64,000 bases of DNA from Promethearchaeati archaeon SRVP18_Atabeyarchaeia-1 (lineage in GTDB: Archaea > Asgardarchaeota > Atabeyarchaeia > Atabeyarchaeales > Atabeyarchaeaceae), in contig CP147779.1 in assembly GCA_037308085.1 (NCBI GenBank), forward strand, positions 928,001 through 992,000. The letters run 5' to 3'. Positions 62,117 through 64,000 of the stretch are shown here, in pieces; the stretch's first letter is position 1, and every line of letters begins with the position of its first letter. The position numbers were made by a program, and so were the translations under genes. Below the pieces are notes generated by a model, which was not told where the DNA came from, searched no databases, and saw only the letters and a list, made by a program, of their open reading frames with translations.

Positions 62117-64000
62117 CTGACAAGCATTCCAGAGAGAATATTCAGCCCTTCAGCATTAGCGGTCATTGGCGCTTCAAGGAGTTCCGAGAAGATAGGGAAT
62201 GTTGTTCTTCGCAACATAATCCAAAGCGGTTACAAAGGAAGAGTCTTTCCGATAAATCCGAACGCACCTGAGATCCTCGGTCTGAAAGCGTACCCGAAGA
62301 TCTCTGATGTCAGCGAAGCGGTTGATCAGGCTGTCATAAACATTCCAGCCGAGTCTGTTCCTGAATCATTAGTTGAGTGCGGAGAAAAGGGCGTAAAGAG
62401 CGTTGTCGTAATTACAGCCGGCTTCAAGGAGGTCGGGTACGAAGGCGCCCAACTCGAGAGGCAGACAGTAGAGGTTTGTAGAAAGTACGGCATGCGCATG
62501 CTTGGGCCGAACGTAGTAGGGTATATAGATACATGGACACCAATCAACGCGACATTTGCCCCAAATATGGCCTTAAGGGGGAATATTGGTCTCGTCTCGC
62601 AGTCAGGAGCCTTATGCACATCCATTCTCGACTGGTCTCGCGAAGTGGGGATAGGATTCTCGAAGTTCATCAGTGTAGGCAACAAAGCTGACCTCACGGA
62701 GTCAGACATGCTTGAAATCATGTCCTCAGATCCCAAGACGCGCGTCATAGTTCTCTACATAGAATCAGTTGTCAATGGACCCAGGTTCATCGAAGTTGCT
62801 CGAAGAGTTACTAGGAATAAACCGGTTGTAGTACTGAAGTCAGGGGTGTCAGAGGCAGGTGCGCGAGCTGCGTCATCACATACAGGCGCCCTTGCAGGTA
62901 GCGACATCGGGGTAGAAACCTCCTTCAACCAATTAGGCGTCTTGCGGGCACACTCCTTAGGTCAGCTATTCGATCTCGCAATCACACTATCGACCCAGCC
63001 AATCCCGAAAGGGGATGATGTGGCAGTAGTTACGAACGCTGGGGGCCCAGGTGTTCTGTCTGCGGATGCCGCAGAAATGATAGGATTGAGAATGACATCA
63101 CTTACGACGGAAACGATAACGGCTCTGCGCGAGAACCTGCCTTCAGAGGCTGCGGTCAATAACCCCGTTGACGTAGTCGGTGATGCCGACATCAAACGCT
63201 ATGAGTTTGCGCTCAGAACAGTTCTGAAAGATCCAAACGTACACAACGTAATCGCGATGATAGCTCCAGTTGCCGTCCTTCCACCCGAGAAGCTGGCTGA
63301 GCTCCTCATATCAATAAAGAAGGAGGGCGTCGACAAGCCACTGATAGGCGTACTCGTGGGAGGAGGAACAATGAGAAAGGCTCGCGAGAGCCTCATGTCT
63401 TCGGGTGTTCCAACATTTACGTTTCCAGAGGAAGCCATGCAGACGATCCTCGGTCTGACAAAATACGCGAAAATCCTAGAGATCCCAGCTGAGGAGGAGA
63501 CACCGAAATTCAGCATAAACAAGGACAAGATAAGGAGCATAATAGACGGCGCATGGAAGGATGGTAGGACATCGCTCCTTGGGTCTGAATCCTTCGCAAT
63601 CGCGGAAGCTTGTGGCATGAGCGCTCCCCCAACCAGACTTGCTACCACATCGAAACAGGCAGCAGAATTGGCAGAAGAGATGGGCTACCCTATCGCCCTC
63701 AAAGTATCTTCACCGCAGATTCTGCATAAGACAGATGTCGGGGGAGTCAAACTCAATCTGGGCTCCGCCAAGGAGGTCGAAGTCGCATTCACACAGATAA
63801 TGGATCTCGTATCGTCAAGATTCCCCGATGCTAGGATATATGGCTGTGACCTGCAAAAGATGGTTAAGCCAGGCTTTGAACTGATAATGGGCTCCACAAA
63901 AGACTTGGTATTCGGTCCTCTAGTCATGTTTGGTTTAGGAGGAATATTCGCCAACTTCCTGAAGGATGTCGCGTTTGGGCTGGCACCAATCAGCCAGAGG
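62117..64000 (+). CDS. acd: ADP-forming acetate-CoA ligase, fused alpha/beta (3' end outside the window)
   Basis: AVIGAS, GPN..G, SQSGA, S.GNKAD, SSHTGALAG, TNAGG.G, NPVD, HKTDVGGV, FGP.VMFGLGG; CTG start after GAGGTG. Confidence 0.9.
   Translation, partial: MTSIPERIFSPSALAVIGASRSSEKIGNVVLRNIIQSGYKGRVFPINPNAPEILGLKAYPKISDVSEAVDQAVINIPAESVPESLVECGEKGVKSVVVITAGFKEVGYEGAQLERQTVEVCRKYGMRMLGPNVVGYIDTWTPINATFAPNMALRGNIGLVSQSGALCTSILDWSREVGIGFSKFISVGNKADLTESDMLEIMSSDPKTRVIVLYIESVVNGPRFIEVARRVTRNKPVVVLKSGVSEAGARAASSHTGALAGSDIGVETSFNQLGVLRAHSLGQLFDLAITLSTQPIPKGDDVAVVTNAGGPGVLSADAAEMIGLRMTSLTTETITALRENLPSEAAVNNPVDVVGDADIKRYEFALRTVLKDPNVHNVIAMIAPVAVLPPEKLAELLISIKKEGVDKPLIGVLVGGGTMRKARESLMSSGVPTFTFPEEAMQTILGLTKYAKILEIPAEEETPKFSINKDKIRSIIDGAWKDGRTSLLGSESFAIAEACGMSAPPTRLATTSKQAAELAEEMGYPIALKVSSPQILHKTDVGGVKLNLGSAKEVEVAFTQIMDLVSSRFPDARIYGCDLQKMVKPGFELIMGSTKDLVFGPLVMFGLGGIFANFLKDVAFGLAPISQR

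Noticed and set aside
61975-62271. 98-aa ORF upstream of acd
   Set aside because: No recognisable features, and it overlaps the true acd frame starting at 62117
1-64000. CRISPR array, rRNA, integrase/provirus, pyrrolysine read-through, and the many short antisense ORFs
   Set aside because: No regularly spaced repeats, rRNA signatures, integrase motifs or in-frame TAG-split genes were seen; the short ORFs shadow well-supported genes

Overview
Archaeal chromosome segment of mostly housekeeping and energy genes. An Asgard-type archaeon is inferred from a eukaryote-like SECIS, a roadblock/LC7 protein, a scattered A/V-ATPase operon, SepCysS, CofC/D and Tes. The window holds a split complex-I-like group 4 [NiFe]-hydrogenase cluster, five A/V-ATPase subunits, Topo VI, methionine-salvage genes and an intron-containing tRNA-Cys. 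Three features are missed or broken by the ORF track. (1) mtnP (MTA phosphorylase) is interrupted by a 35-nt insertion (52252-52286) that folds as a bulge-helix-bulge/loop. Removing it at the predicted cut sites restores the conserved VVGMT motif, so it is a candidate mRNA intron. Its loop sequence recurs in the leader upstream of acd. (2) A 1.29-kb tnpB-only element is bounded by 24-bp terminal inverted repeats resembling IS6-family ends, with a degenerate 8-bp target duplication. This is not the usual IS200/605 or IS607 architecture, and its RuvC-III Asp is replaced by His. (3) selD has an in-frame UGA (HGUSCK) and a eukaryote-type AUGA_AA_GA SECIS right after its stop codon. Several genes appear to need CTG or TTA starts. 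All calls come from reading motifs by eye; no database searches were run.
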